From Scyliorhinus canicula (lineage: Eukaryota): a stretch of DNA of 64,000 bases. Position numbers and translations under genes: made by a program. Shown one piece after another: positions 49,601 to 61,669 of this stretch (position 1 is its first letter; every line of letters begins with the position of its first letter). The stretch lies in the NCBI RefSeq assembly GCF_902713615.1, contig NC_052151.1, positions 205,191,974-205,255,973 of the forward strand. The letters run 5' to 3'. Under the pieces are notes generated by a model. That model was not told where the DNA came from. It saw only the letters and a list, made by a program, of their open reading frames with translations, and did not search any database.

Positions 49601-52600
49601 CTATCGTTGAGCCAGAAAGTCGAGGAAAGGTTGCCACCGTTTAAAGAACCCTTGCACCGATCCTCTCAGGGCGAATTTAACCTTCTCAAGCTTAATGAAG
49701 CCCGCCATGTCATTGATCCAGGTCTCCACGCTTGGGGGCCTCGCGTCCTTCCACTGTAGCAAAATCCTTCGCCGGGCTACTAGGGATGCAAAGGCCAACA
49801 CACCGGCCTCTTTCGCCTCCTGCACTCCCGGCTCTACCCCAACCCCAAGGATCGCGAGTCCCCATCCTGGCTTGCCCCTGGATCCCACCACCCTTGACAC
49901 CGTCCTCGCCACCCCCTTCCAGAACTCCTCTAATGCCGGGCATGCCCAGAACATATGGGCATGGTTCGCTGGACTCCCCGAGCACCTGGCACACCTATCT
50001 TCACCCCCAAAGAACCTACTCATCCTCGTCCCAGTCATGTGCGCCCTATGCAGCACCTTGAATTGGATGAGGCTAAGCCGCGCACACGAGGAGGAAGAAT
50101 TTACCCTCTCCAGGGCATCAGCCCATGTCCCGTCTTTGATCTGTTCCCCCAGTTCCCCCTCCCACTTCGTTTTCAGCTCCTCTACTGACGCCTCTTCCAC
50201 CTCCTGCATAAGCTTGTAGATATCGGATATCTTCCCCTCCCCGACCCAGACCCCCGAGAGCAACCTGTCACACCCCCTTCGCGGGGAGCGCAGGGAATCC
50301 CTCCACCTGCCGTCTAGCAAATGCCTTTACCTGCAGATATCTAAACATGTTTCCCGGCGGGAGCCCAAATTTCACCTCCAACTCCCCCAGGCTCGCAAAC
50401 CTTCTGTCGATAAACAGGTCCTTCAGCTGTCTAATTCCCACTCTATACCATCCCTGAAATCCCCCATCCATGTTCCCCGGGACGAACCTATGGTTCCCCT
50501 TAACGGAGCCTCCATCGAGCCCCCCACTTCTCCCCTATGTCGCCTCCACTGCCCCCAAATCTTGTGGGTAGCCACCACCACCGGACTCGTGGTATACCTC
50601 GTGAGAGGGAGCGGCCACGGCGCTGTTACCAGGGCCCCCAGGCTTGTATCCCCACAGGACGCTCTCTCCATCCGTTTCCATGCTGCCCCCTCCCCCTCCA
50701 TCACCCACTTACGCACCATCGACACGTTGGCCGCCCAGTAGTACCCCGAGAGGTTGGGCAACGCCAGCCCCCCCCCCCCCCCCCATCCCTACTCTGCTCC
50801 AAGAAGACCCTCTTCACCCTCGGGGTGCCATGCGCCCAAAGAAATCCCATGATGCTGCTGGTCACCCTTTAAAAAAAGGCCCTAGGGATAAAGATGGGCA
50901 AGCACTGGAAGAGGAACAAGAACCTCGGGAGAACCGTCATTTTGACGGATTGCACTCTGCCCGCCAGCGATAGCGGCACCATGTCCCACCTTTTAAATTC
51001 CTCCTCCATCTGTTCCACTAGTCTGGTGAAGTTAAGCTTATGAAGAGCCCCCCAACTCCTGGCCACCTGCACCCCCAGGTACCTGAAACTCTTCACTGCC
51101 CTCCTGAAGGGGAGCCTCCCAATTCCCTCCTCCTGATCTCCCGGGTGCACTACAAATACCTCGCTCTTTCCTAAGTTCAGCTTATAGCCCGAGAAGCCCC
51201 CAAATTCCGCTAACAGTTCCATCACCCCCGACATTCCCCCCTCTGGGTCCGCCACATATAACAGCAGGTCGTCCGCATACAGCGATACCCGGTGCTCCTC
51301 CCCCCCCCCCCCCCCCGCACCAGACCCCTCCCCTGACTCCCTCAACGCCATGGCCAACGGTTCAATCGCCAGTGCAAAGAGCAGGGGGGACAGGGGACAC
51401 CCCTGCCTGGTCCCACGATAAAGCCTAAAATACTCCGATCTTCTTCCATTTGTGACTACACTCGCCATCGGCGCCGCGTAAAGCAGCCTCACCCATTTGA
51501 TGAATCCCTCCCCAAATCCAAACCTCTCCAGCACCTCCCACAGGTACCCCCACTCAACTCTTATCAAACGCCTTCTCTGCATCCAGCGCCACCACTATCT
51601 CCGCCTCCCCCTCCACTGCCGGCATCATGATAACATTGAGCAGTCTCCGCACATTCGTGTTGAGCTGCCCCCCCTTGACAAACCCTGTCTGATCTTCATG
51701 AATTACCTCTGGCACACAATCCTCTATCCTGGTAGCCAGGATCTTCGCCAGCAACTTAGCGTCTACGTTAAGGAGTGAGATAGGCCTATTTGATCCGCAC
51801 TGCAAGGGGTCCTTATCCCGTTTTAGGATCAAAGAGATCAGTGCCCGCGACATTGTCGGGGGCAAAGCCCCCCCCTCCCACGCCTCATTGAAAGTTCGCA
51901 CCAGCAGGGGACCCACCAGGTCCGCATATTTTTTGTAAAATTCTGCCGGGAACCCGTCCGGCCCCGGAGCCTTACCTGACTGCATTTGCCCGATCCCCCT
52001 GACTAGCTCCTCCAACTCTATCGGCGCCCCCAGCCCCTCAACCAGCCTCTCTTGAACCCTTGGGAAACATAGCCTGTTCATGAAGCTCTCCATCCCCTCT
52101 CAGCCCTCGGAGGTTCCGACCGGTACAATCCCTCGTAAAAGTCCCTAAAGACCCCGTTTACTTCTGTCCCCTTCTGCACTACATTTCCACCCCCATCCTT
52201 CACTCCCCCAATTTCCCTAGCCGCATCTCGCCTACGGAGCTGATGCGCCAACATCCTGCTCGCCTTCTCTCCATACTCATATACCGCGCCCTGCGCCCTC
52301 CTCCACTGTGTCTCCGCCTTTCTGGTGGTCAACAAGTCAAAATTGGCCTGCAACCTGCGCCGTTCTCCCAGCAACCCTTCCTCCGGTGCCTCTGCATATC
52401 TCCTGTCCACCTCCAGAAGCTCTCCCACCAGTCTCTCCCTCTCCTTCCTCTCCCTCCTTTCCCTGTGGGCCCGGATGGAGATCAGCTCCCCCCGGATCAC
52501 TGCTTTCAGAGCCTCCCAGACCATCCCCACCTGGACCTCCCCCGTATCATTGGTATCCAGATACCCCTCAATGCTTCTCCGAACCCTCTTACACACCTCC

Positions 52601-53403
52601 TCCTCCGCCAGCATCCCCACATCCAGGCGCCAGAGCAGGCGCTGGTCCCGTGCCTCCCCCATCTCCAGATCAATCCAGTGCGGGGCATGGTCCGAAATCG
52701 CTATGGCCGAATACTCGGCATCCTGCACCCTCGGGATCAATCCCCTGCTCAGGACAAAAAAGTCTATCCGGGAATAAACCCTATGGACGTGAGAGAAAAA
52801 GGAATACTCCCGCGCTCTCGGTCTCCCAAACCTCCAGGGATCCACCCCTCCCATCTGGTCCATGTATCCCCTCAGCACTTTGGCCGCCGCCGGTCTCCTA
52901 CCCGTCCTTGAACTGGACCGGTCCAGTGTGGGATCCAGCACTGTGTTAAAATCTCCCCCCATGATCAGGCCCCCTGCCTCCAGGCCCGGGATGCGGCCCA
53001 ACAATCGCCTCATGAAGCCAGCATCATCCCAATTCGGGGCATGTACGTTCACCAGCACCACCTTCTCTCCCTGCAGCCTACCCCTCACCATGATATATCT
53101 GCCCTCCTTGTCCGACACCACCTCAGCTGCCTCAAACGCCACCCTCTTCCCCACTAGAATCGCCACCCCCCGGTTCTTCGCGTCCAATCCTGAATGATCA
53201 ACCTGCCCCACCCACCCCTTCCTCAGACGGACCTGGTCCGCCACCTTCAGGTGGGTCTCCTGGAGCATAGCCACGCCCGCCTTCAACCCTCTTAGATGGG
53301 AGACCACCCTGGTTCTCTTAACCGGCCTGTTCAGCCCCCTCACGTTCCAGGTAATCAGCCGGATCAGAGGGCAACCCGCCCCCCTCCCCTGCCGACTAGC
53401 CAT
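49601..53403 (-). pseudogene. L1 ORF2 (APE endonuclease, RT, C-terminal zinc knuckle), frameshifted
   Basis: TWNVRGL, LQETHL, GDFN, SDHAP, QTGFVKG, RQGCPLSPLLF, YADDLL, CARC..HMFWAC spread over consecutive ORFs. Confidence 0.92.
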
Positions 53404-54065
53404 AGCTTGGCAGATGTTCGCCCCAGGCCAGCACACCCCACTCGACCCGTTCCCCATGGCGATAGCGCCTCTCCTCTTCCCCCCCGGCCCCCATCGGCTC
53501 CTTCCTAGTCGTTCCAGCAGCAACCCGGTATCCCCCCCTCCCCCCCCCCCCCCCCCCCCCCCCCCCCCAGGCTAGGACCCCTCCAAGCCGCGACGCACCC
53601 TCCATGGTACTTCCGTGAGTCAGCTGACTTCTGCTGACCCTGGCAGCTCCCGCCAAAACCTATCCCCTCCCGGCTTGGGGTCATCCCCCTCTTGCCACAC
53701 CTCCTTGCTGCAGCGCGGGAAAAAAGACCTGTAGAGGCCCTGTCCCCATCGCAAGCTCCACCCCCCTGCCCCGCAGCGCGGGAGACCAGAGGAAAGCCCG
53801 CGCTTTCACACTGCCATACCCCACCCTTCTGATGCAGTTCCCCAAAATCCAGTTTCCCCTCAATCCCCAGCCCCGTACAGAAGAGAACATATAGAACACA
53901 AACCTCCAACCCTCCCCACCTACCCCACAACCATACCCAACAGACAAACCAACCCGTAAAGAGCAAAAAGAAAACCAGCCTACATAACACACATGTCAAA
54001 GTTGAAACAGTTGAAACAAAACAGCCACAGCGGAAACAATGCCGGCCAAAGTATGTTCCCAGGCC

Positions 54066-55224
54066 CTAGTTCAAGTCCAGCTTCTCCGCCTGTACAAAGG
54101 CCCACGCCTCCTCCGGGAACTCGAAGTAATGGTGCCGGTCCTTGTATGTCACCCACAGGCGCGCAGGCTGCAGCATTCCAAACCTGACCTGCTTAGCATG
54201 AAGCACCGCCTTCGTCCGGTTGAACCCGGCCCGCCGCTTAGCCACTTCCGCACTCCAGTCCTGGTAGATCAGGGGTGGGCAAACTTTTCCGTGCAAGGGC
54301 CACATTCAGAAATTCACAATGTTAAAGGGCCGCATAGTACATTAAGTAAAATAATTACCTCACCCGGTTATGATTCTGGGCGCCTCATATAGAACATAGA
54401 ACAGTACAGCACAAAACAGGCCCTTCGGCCCTCGATGTTGTGCCGAGCCTACTCAAGTCAACGTATCCACCCTATACCAGTAAGTAACCCAACAGCCCCC
54501 CCCCCCCCATTGACCTTAAAAAAAAAAAAAAAAATTTTTTTTAAAAAATTTTTTTAATTTAAAAATTAAAAAAAAAAAATGACTTGGTGGGCCGCATAAA
54601 GACCTTTGGCGGGCCGCATGCGGCCTGCGGGCCGTAGTTTGCCCACCCCTGTGGTAGATCCTCACTACCGAATTCTCCCATTTACTGCTCCTCTCTTTCT
54701 TGGCCCAGCGCAGCACACACTCCCGGTCACTGAATCGGTGGAACCGCACCAGATCGCCCTCGGGGGCTCACCTGCCTTGGACCTCCTGGCCATCACTCTG
54801 TGCGCTCCCTCGAGCTCCGGGGCAAATGGAAGGACCCCGCTCCCATCAACGAGCTCAACATCGTGGTCGCATACGCCGGGAGATCCGACCCCTCCAGCCC
54901 CTCCGCCAGGCCCAGGATCCTCAGATTCTTTCGCCTCGTGCGAACGTCCAGCTCCTCCAAGCGGTCCTGCCACTTTTTATGAAGTGCCTTGTGCAACTCC
55001 ACTTTCCCAACGAGGACCACGGCCTCCTCCTCTCTTTCAACGGCCTGCCGCTGCAACTCCCGAATAGACTCCTCCTGTGCCGCCTGGGTCCCAAGCAGCT
55101 TGGTCGTAGTTGCATTCATGGAGTCCAGCAGCTCAGCCTTCAGCTCAGCAAAACAACATAGAAGCGAGGCCTGTTGTTCCTGCGCCCACTTCCACCAGTC
55201 CTCGGGTGTTGTGCCGGCCGCCAT
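54066..55224 (-). pseudogene. L1 ORF1 (coiled coil, RRM, CTD; Transposase_22-like), interrupted by a MITE
   Basis: RRKNLRILGLAEG, IYQDWSAEVAKRR, GMLQPARL motifs. Confidence 0.88.
54270..54651. mobile_element. hAT (Charlie-like) MITE containing a SINE tail fragment
   Basis: 16-bp TIR CAGGGGTGGGCAAACT/AGTTTGCCCACCCCTG; perfect 8-bp TSD tggtagat. Confidence 0.9.
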
Positions 55225-55740
55225 TTTGTTTTTCTTCCCCTGTTTTTTTGGGGGTGTTTCTGCAGCCTTTTTGCACCATATAGTGTAGGGCAAGTTCTTC
55301 CAGGCACCTTTCCCCCACCGGTATACGTAGCAACAGCACTGTTTGGGGCCCTCAAAATGGCCCAAAAGTCCTTAAATAGCGGGAGCGCCGGCCGCCATTT
55401 TGTTTTTTTTCTCCCGTTTTTTTGGGGGCGTTACTGCAGCCTTTTTCACCAGATAATGTGGGGCAAGTTCTTCCAGGCACCTTCCCCCACCAGGATGCGT
55501 AGAAACAGCGCCGTTTGGGGCACTCAAAACGGCCCAAAAGTCCCTAAATAGCAGGAGTGCCGGCCGCCATTTTGTTTTTCTTCCCCCGTCTTTTTGGGGG
55601 AGTTACTGCAGCCTTTTTCTTCTTCCCACTCCAGGTGAGCACCATATAGTGTGGGGCAAGTTCTTCCAGGCACCTTCCCCCACCGGGATGCATAGGGGCC
55701 CTCGAAACGGCCCAAAAGTCCCTAAATCGCGGGAGCTGCC
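55212..55740 (-). repeat. three ~172-179-bp tandem monomers at the L1 5' end
   Basis: gccggccgccattttgttttt at ~55213, ~55387, ~55559; ggcaagttcttccaggcacctt in each unit. Confidence 0.9.
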
Positions 55741-55864
55741 GAACGTGCGGCTTAGCTCCGCATAGCCGCAACCGGAAGTCCTAATCTGGGATTTATGATG
55801 GTCATTGACATAATTCAGCATATTTTGTTAAATTGCAGAAAATAAATTGTTGAATGATCAATTT

Positions 55865-55933
55865 TCCTCACTGTAGTGGTTAGTACCCCTGCCTGTCACA
55901 CAGGAGACCGTGATTTAATTCCCCGATGGGGAG
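55865..55933 (+). pseudogene. tRNA-Asp(GTC) pseudogene
   Basis: Colinear with vertebrate Asp-GTC (TCCTC..GCCTGTCAC..ATTCCCCGA.GGGGAG); small deletion and broken T-arm/B box. Confidence 0.8.
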
Positions 55934-55949
55934 ATGTTTACTTTTATTA

Positions 55950-56155
55950 GGTAAAGTAAAGTCGCCCTAGGATGACTATAGGCTAATTTCTCCTTTGATG
56001 GGGAGAGCTGACTCGTGGTGATTTATCCTGAGGTAAAGGGCAAGGTTGAGAAGGCAGGGCCTTCATGAATAACCTCAGATGGTACAGGAATTGAACCCCT
56101 CGCTGCTGGCCTTCGTCCCCATCACGAACCAGCTATCCAGCCAACTGAGCTAAAT
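55950..56155 (-). mobile_element. tRNA-derived SINE (second head type) with (ctttac)n tail
   Basis: Head like 13352; distinct tail gcgactttactttac. Confidence 0.65.
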
Positions 56156-56479
56156 GTTTATTAAAGAAAATGGAAAGGAGACTTTTCAATTGCAAATTCG
56201 TTTTCAAGGAGTCACAGTGCAGAGAGATTGCATCAGCAAGAAGGGCTGAATGCCCACATGTCTTTGCTGCATGTTTATTCTAGGAGTTATTGAAACACGT
56301 ACCGTTTCTGATCACAGGGAAATGTAAAAATACCTGCAATGTTATAATGTTTCAGAGATACAGATACAGTAACAATCCTAATATTAAACAATGATAACTG
56401 ACACTATTCATTTCACCCCCAATTCCTCTGACTAAACTGCATATTAGACAGACTGACAGAATGCTATCAGATGAATTCA

Positions 56480-57390
56480 CTGAACTTCCACATCCTCCAA
56501 CTCCGACACTGCCTCAGCTCATCTGCTGGTGAAACCTTGATACACACCTTGGTTCACTCTGGACTTAACTATTCCAGTGTTCCAATGGACAGCCTCCCAT
56601 CTTCCACCCTACATATACCTGTGCTCATCCAAAATTCTGCTGTCTGGAACTTCACCTGAACCATGTCCAGTTCACCAATCAGCCCCGTGTTTGCTGATCT
56701 ACATTGACTCCTGACCCGGCAATGCCTCATTTTTAAAATCCTCATCCTTATTTGTAAATCCCTCCATGACTTCGCTCCACCCTTTATCTTTTTTTTTTAG
56801 AACAGTACAGCACAGAACAGGCCCTTCGGCCCTCAATGTTGTGCCGAGCAATGATCACCCTACTCAAGCCCACGTATCCACCCTATACCAGTAACCCAAC
56901 AACCCCCATTAACATTATTTTTTTAGGACACTAAGGGCAATTTAGCCTGACCAATCCACCTAACCCGCACATCTTTGGACTGTGGGAGGAAACCGGAGCA
57001 CCGGGAGGAAACCCACGCACACACGGGGAGGACGTGCAGACTCCGCACAGACAGTGACCCAGCCGGGAATCGAACCTGGGACCCTGGAGCTGTGAAGCAT
57101 TGATGCTAACCACCATGCTACCGTGCTGTAACCTTCTCCAGCCCAACAAGCCTTCCACATTTCTGCTCTTCTGCCATCTTGGACATTCCTGATTTTAATC
57201 TCGACAATATTGAGAGCTATGCTTTTAGCTGACCTGGACTAAAGTTCTGGACTCCCTTCCTAAATCTCTCCACTTCTCTCGCCCCCTCTCCTCTTTAAGA
57301 TGCTCCTTAGAATCTACCTCTTTGACCAGTTTTTGTCACCTGACCTAATATCTCCTGTGGCTCAACGTCAACTTTATTTCATTTACCACA
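56480..57390 (+). mobile_element. L2 3' fragment split by a V-SINE (56797-57128, -, tail A2)
   Basis: ETLIHTLVHSGLNYS, LIQNSA motifs. Confidence 0.7.
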
Positions 57391-57971
57391 ATTAGGGGCA
57401 TCAAGGTGGGACAGAAGTTAGCACTGCTGCCTCACATCAGCAGGGGCCAGGTTTCATTCTGGCTTCGGGTGCACTTTCTCCCCGTATCGGTGTGGATTTC
57501 CTCCCACAGTCCGATGGTGTGCAGGTTTGGTTGGGTTGCGAGCAGTGAGCCACGGTAGGGTGCTTGTTTGGTACAGATTTGATGGGCTGAATGTCCTTCT
57601 ACGCAGTATAATCTTGTAATATTGCTTGTTACTGTATAATTCCTTTGTCAAAAGCCTGAGACATGGTACTATAATTCAACTCGCTTTTGGTACAGGGGTG
57701 AGCAGAACTGCCTTCCAAGCGTTTGATGCAGGTTTGATTTGCGGCAAATTTTGTTGAAGTTTGTGCAGATGATTTTGCGTTTCATTGTCACCCTGCCTTT
57801 GATCTGAGGACAAGAAGTTAGGTGTTTCCACCTTGTTGAGCTTATCAGCTTTGCCTAACACACTAATGGTGACCTGACTCTTGACAAATATTTGCTTTCG
57901 AGCGCAGGGTCTATACACAGAATGAACAAAATTCTCCTTCTCCAACAGGTTAGCTGTTTTGTCAAATGCAC

Positions 57972-58042
57972 TTACTTGACCGGTAATCAAACCCGGCTAC
58001 AGCGGCGAAAGCACGGAATCCTAACCACTAGGCCACCAGAGA
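57972..58042 (-). pseudogene. tRNA-Glu pseudogene (anticodon reads TTC; body resembles the Glu-CTC/TTC TCCCTGG type)
   Basis: Reverse complement tctctggtggcctagtggttaggattccgtgctttcgccgc..ggtttgattaccggtcaagtaa. Confidence 0.8.
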
Positions 58043-58217
58043 GTGGTTTGAAAATTTACTGAAAATTGTAAATGCAAGTGAATTGACGGCATATTATTTG
58101 AAGAAATCTTTGATTTTGAGTAATAGATTTGAATTCAGTTCCTGATTCGCCTGTTAACAGATCCACTTTATATACATGCAGTTGGTCTCCAAACGGAAAA
58201 CTGACTAAATACTGGTA

Positions 58218-59060
58218 GACATAGAATCATAGAATTTACAGTGCAGAAGGAGGCCATTCAGCCCATCGAGTCTGCACCGGCTCTTGGAAAGAGCACCCTA
58301 CCCAAGATCAACAACTCCACCCTATCCCCATAACCCAGTAACCCCACCCAACACTAAGGGCAATTTTGGACACTAAGGGCAATTTATCATGGCCAATCCA
58401 CCTAACCCGCACATCTTTGGACTGTGGGAGGAAACCGGAGCACCCGGAGGAAACCCACGCACACATGTGGCTGTCCAAGAGTTGCTTAAATGTCCCTAAT
58501 GACTCCACCACCTCCGCTGGCAGTGCTTTTCATCCACCCACCACTCTCTGTGTAAAGAACCGACCTCTGACATCTCCCCTATACCTTCCTCCAATTATGC
58601 CCCTTGTGACAGCCATTTCAGACCTGGGGAAAAGACTATCTACTCTATCCATGCCTCTCATCATCTCGTATCAAGTCACCTCTCTTCCTTCTTCGATCCA
58701 GTGAAAAAAGCCCTCGCTCCCTTAACCTTTATTCATAAGACATGCCCTCCAGTCCAGGCAGCATCCTGGTAATCTCCTCTGCACCCTCTCCAAAGCATCC
58801 ACAGCCTTCCTATAATGAGGCGACCAGAACTGGACACAATATTCCAAGTGTGGTCTAACCAGGATTAAATAAAGCTGCAGCAAAACCTCGCGATTCTTAA
58901 ACTCAATCCCCTGTTAATGAAAGCCAACACACCAGGCGCCTTCTGAACAACCCTATCAACCTAGGTCGCAACTTTGAAGGATCTATGTACGTGGACACCA
59001 AGATCCCTCTGTTCCTCCACACTTCCAAGAATACCGCCTTTTACCCTGTATTCAGCATTC
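58218..59060 (-). mobile_element. V-SINE 3' half (58218-58463) abutting a CR1 3' fragment
   Basis: Tail A and V-domain; VQFWSPH, FTQRVV motifs on -. Confidence 0.75.
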
Positions 59061-59224
59061 AAATATATAGAGGACAATGTGCATAAGAGAATATGGGAAG
59101 ACTTAGGCCATTTGCCCATTCAGTAAGATTCTGCTTCGTTTGCTCCACTTTGATATTTAGCGCCGTCAATCATTGACTCACATGAATCTGTCTACATTTG
59201 AATTGAATAAATTCAGTGAAGGTT

Positions 59225-59293
59225 TGTCATTTCAACCTACGCCTGCTGGGTAGACTGCGATCTAAACACGGCGCCTTAATTGGCCACCCTGAC
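59225..59293 (-). pseudogene. tRNA-Leu(CAG)-derived pseudogene
   Basis: Reverse complement gtcagggtggcc..taaggcgccgtgtttagatcgcagtct..aggcgtaggtt..tgaca, colinear with Leu-CAG with two deletions. Confidence 0.7.
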
Positions 59294-59869
59294 TGACAAG
59301 TTAAGAGAAATCCTCGCTGTAAAAGTTTCCCCATCGCTTCAGTTTATGTTGGGAAACAATTAACACAATGTCCCGATTTGCTGCCTTGTTTTCACTGAAA
59401 GGGATCAGCAGTTTGTTGCGCTCGGAAGGACCATTTCAAAGTTCACCTGTTTAGCTATGTCAAAAAGACTTGCTGCTTCAACATGACTTTTAAAATGCTG
59501 TACAACGGACTCCAATGTTACGAATGAGGTGGAAACAAAATACCGAACAGCGCAGTGTGAGCCTCATTGCTGAGCCTACTTGCCCTGGCTGAGAAAACAA
59601 AGCTTTCCCATATTTCTGAGAAAAAATAATTTGCAAGGGAGGGGAATGAGACGAGGGCCAATGCTCCTTCAGGGAGCCAGGCAGACTCTCTGGGCCGAAT
59701 GGCCCGGTCTGCGCTGTAAAGATTCTGTGAGTCTAAGATTAGTTTTCTAATTCCAATCTCACTGGACCAATCCCTTTAGGAAGACAAAACGGTAACCTCA
59801 CGCCACCCGCGTTGCCCTGCAGCCTATGAAGTGGCGCTGCTGTATGTGTGTTACTGAGACAAGTACAAC

Positions 59870-60340
59870 GGCAATGTGGCGCGCTGTATTGTCAACGTAC
59901 TAGTAATCTAGGGTCCCAGGATAACACTTGGAGATGGGACGCCGGTCCGAATTCCATCATGACAGATGTGAAACCTTAATTCATTAAAAATTAAACAAAC
60001 TAATGATTGTTGCAAAAGCCATCTTCTTTCCCTGCCTTGTCTGGCATACACGTGATTTCAGACCCACAGCAATACAGTTGATTCGTAACTGCCATCTGAA
60101 ATGGTCTCGCAAACCATTTTGTTTCAAGGGCAATCATCCACAAAGAGGGAAAACAGTCCCTTAGCTGGTTAGCCACTGTGTATGGGGACAATTTTCACAG
60201 GAACTTCATTGCAATGTAAGCCTACTTGTGACAATAAAGTTTCCGGTTAACGGGCAATAGTCATTCGCCCGTTGAAACCATAAGGGATGGACATTAAACG
60301 CTGGCCTAGCCAGCGACGTCCACATTCCACGAATGAATAA
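59870..60340 (+). mobile_element. tRNA-derived SINE sharing its tail with the 27330-29350 LINE family
   Basis: Tail gctggcctagccagcgacgtccacat; degenerate head. Confidence 0.55.
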
Positions 60341-60773
60341 GAATATCACAACCGGACATAGCCTAAATTTGACTGGCAAAGTCAGGACAGATGCTTTCCG
60401 GCTGGTTGGTTTCTAGTTGTCCCCAGGTAAATGCAGGCTATTCTGGTTAAAATCTGACCCAGTTTTAACTGTTGTTTCCCCCTCCTCGGGGGGTGGGAGA
60501 TAAATGCTGGCCCAGTCACAACTTCCACGTCCCACAAACGAATAAAACAACATGTTCCATCATTCACTACTTTGCCCACTTGCTCGAAACACCTAAAGTG
60601 GTTAACTGACAGCCGTACGGAAATACTGTGAACTTGCAACTCCGCGTAATTGGCCCAAATTGAAAAGTCACCAGATTGCACTACCATGAGCGTCTTCGCA
60701 ATCAAGTTCCATACATTCAATTGCAACAGATTTTGCAACATTTTGACAAGGCAATTTTAATATATACTGTCCA

Positions 60774-60950
60774 TGGGGCTGGTTTAGCACACTGTGCTAA
60801 ATCGCTGGCTTTTAAAGCAGACCAAGGCAGGCCAGCAGTACGGTGCAATTCCCACACCAGCCTCCCCGAACAGGCGCCGGAATGTGGCGACAAGGGGCTT
60901 TTCACAGTAACTTCATTGAAGCCTACTCGTGACAATAAGCGATTTTTATT
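60774..60950 (+). mobile_element. tRNA-derived SINE (second head type), tail B
   Basis: ggggctggtttagcac head; cccgaacaggcgccggaatgtggcgac tail. Confidence 0.7.
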
Positions 60951-61669
60951 TTTCATTTCATGAGCCTTCATCCAGTGAATGAAATGGCAAATAAGGATTG
61001 TGTAAGATATCAGCCGAAAATATTTGCAGTTTGAGATTTTCTTTCGGTAGAATACTTTCCATTGCTGAGCAACATTGTGAAGATGGGAACATTCAGACAG
61101 CTCTGGGGAAAAACGTATCATTACGGCTCGCTGGCGACCATGATGTCCGCCAGTGCCGACATCTTGTTCCATTTTTTTTTGCTGGTTCCTGTTTGTCCCG
61201 TTTCTTTCATCAGTCCTTCATGTTGCCTTTGACTGATTGCGACACAGGCATTCATAGTCTCTTCTTAACCTTCTTGTTAATTTCGGTTTGAGCATTCCTT
61301 CCGTGAGGCGCTTCTGCCTTACATTAATGTATACATATTTAACATTTTCAATTAATTTCTTGTCTACAATCATATCTTTTGAAATGTTGTTTCAAGATCG
61401 ACATGTGGCAGTTCGCAATGCAAAGCTACGTCGTTTGCTATTATGAGATTTGTCATTCGAGGTACAAAGCAACTAAATATCTTTCAATCAACATTGAATG
61501 TAATTTTCCAGTATATTATTTCACTCTTCCTGAGAAACCAATGCGTTATAAGATCTCCCCAGTTGTTCACTACTAGATCTAAAATAAACTGTTATCCTGT
61601 TGGTGCATCGGCACACTGATCAACAAAACTATCTTGTATTTTTCTGAGCTGCACGAAAAGGCACATTTC

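Larger units (their letters stand above)
49316..55780 (-). mobile_element. near full-length L1-clade LINE (5' monomers, ORF1, spacer, ORF2, A-rich tail)
   Basis: 5' end GACTTCCGGTTG; ORF1 and ORF2 motifs in order; aataaa and poly(A) at 3' end; no clear TSD. Confidence 0.95.

Noticed and set aside
52243-53197. Long plus-strand ORFs antisense to L1 ORF2 (also 41054-41797, 24581-25240)
   Set aside because: GC-rich antisense shadows with no recognisable domains
57676-57990. 104-aa ORF here and the 151-aa ORF at 60717-61172
   Set aside because: No recognisable motifs; they overlap a tRNA pseudogene or a SINE
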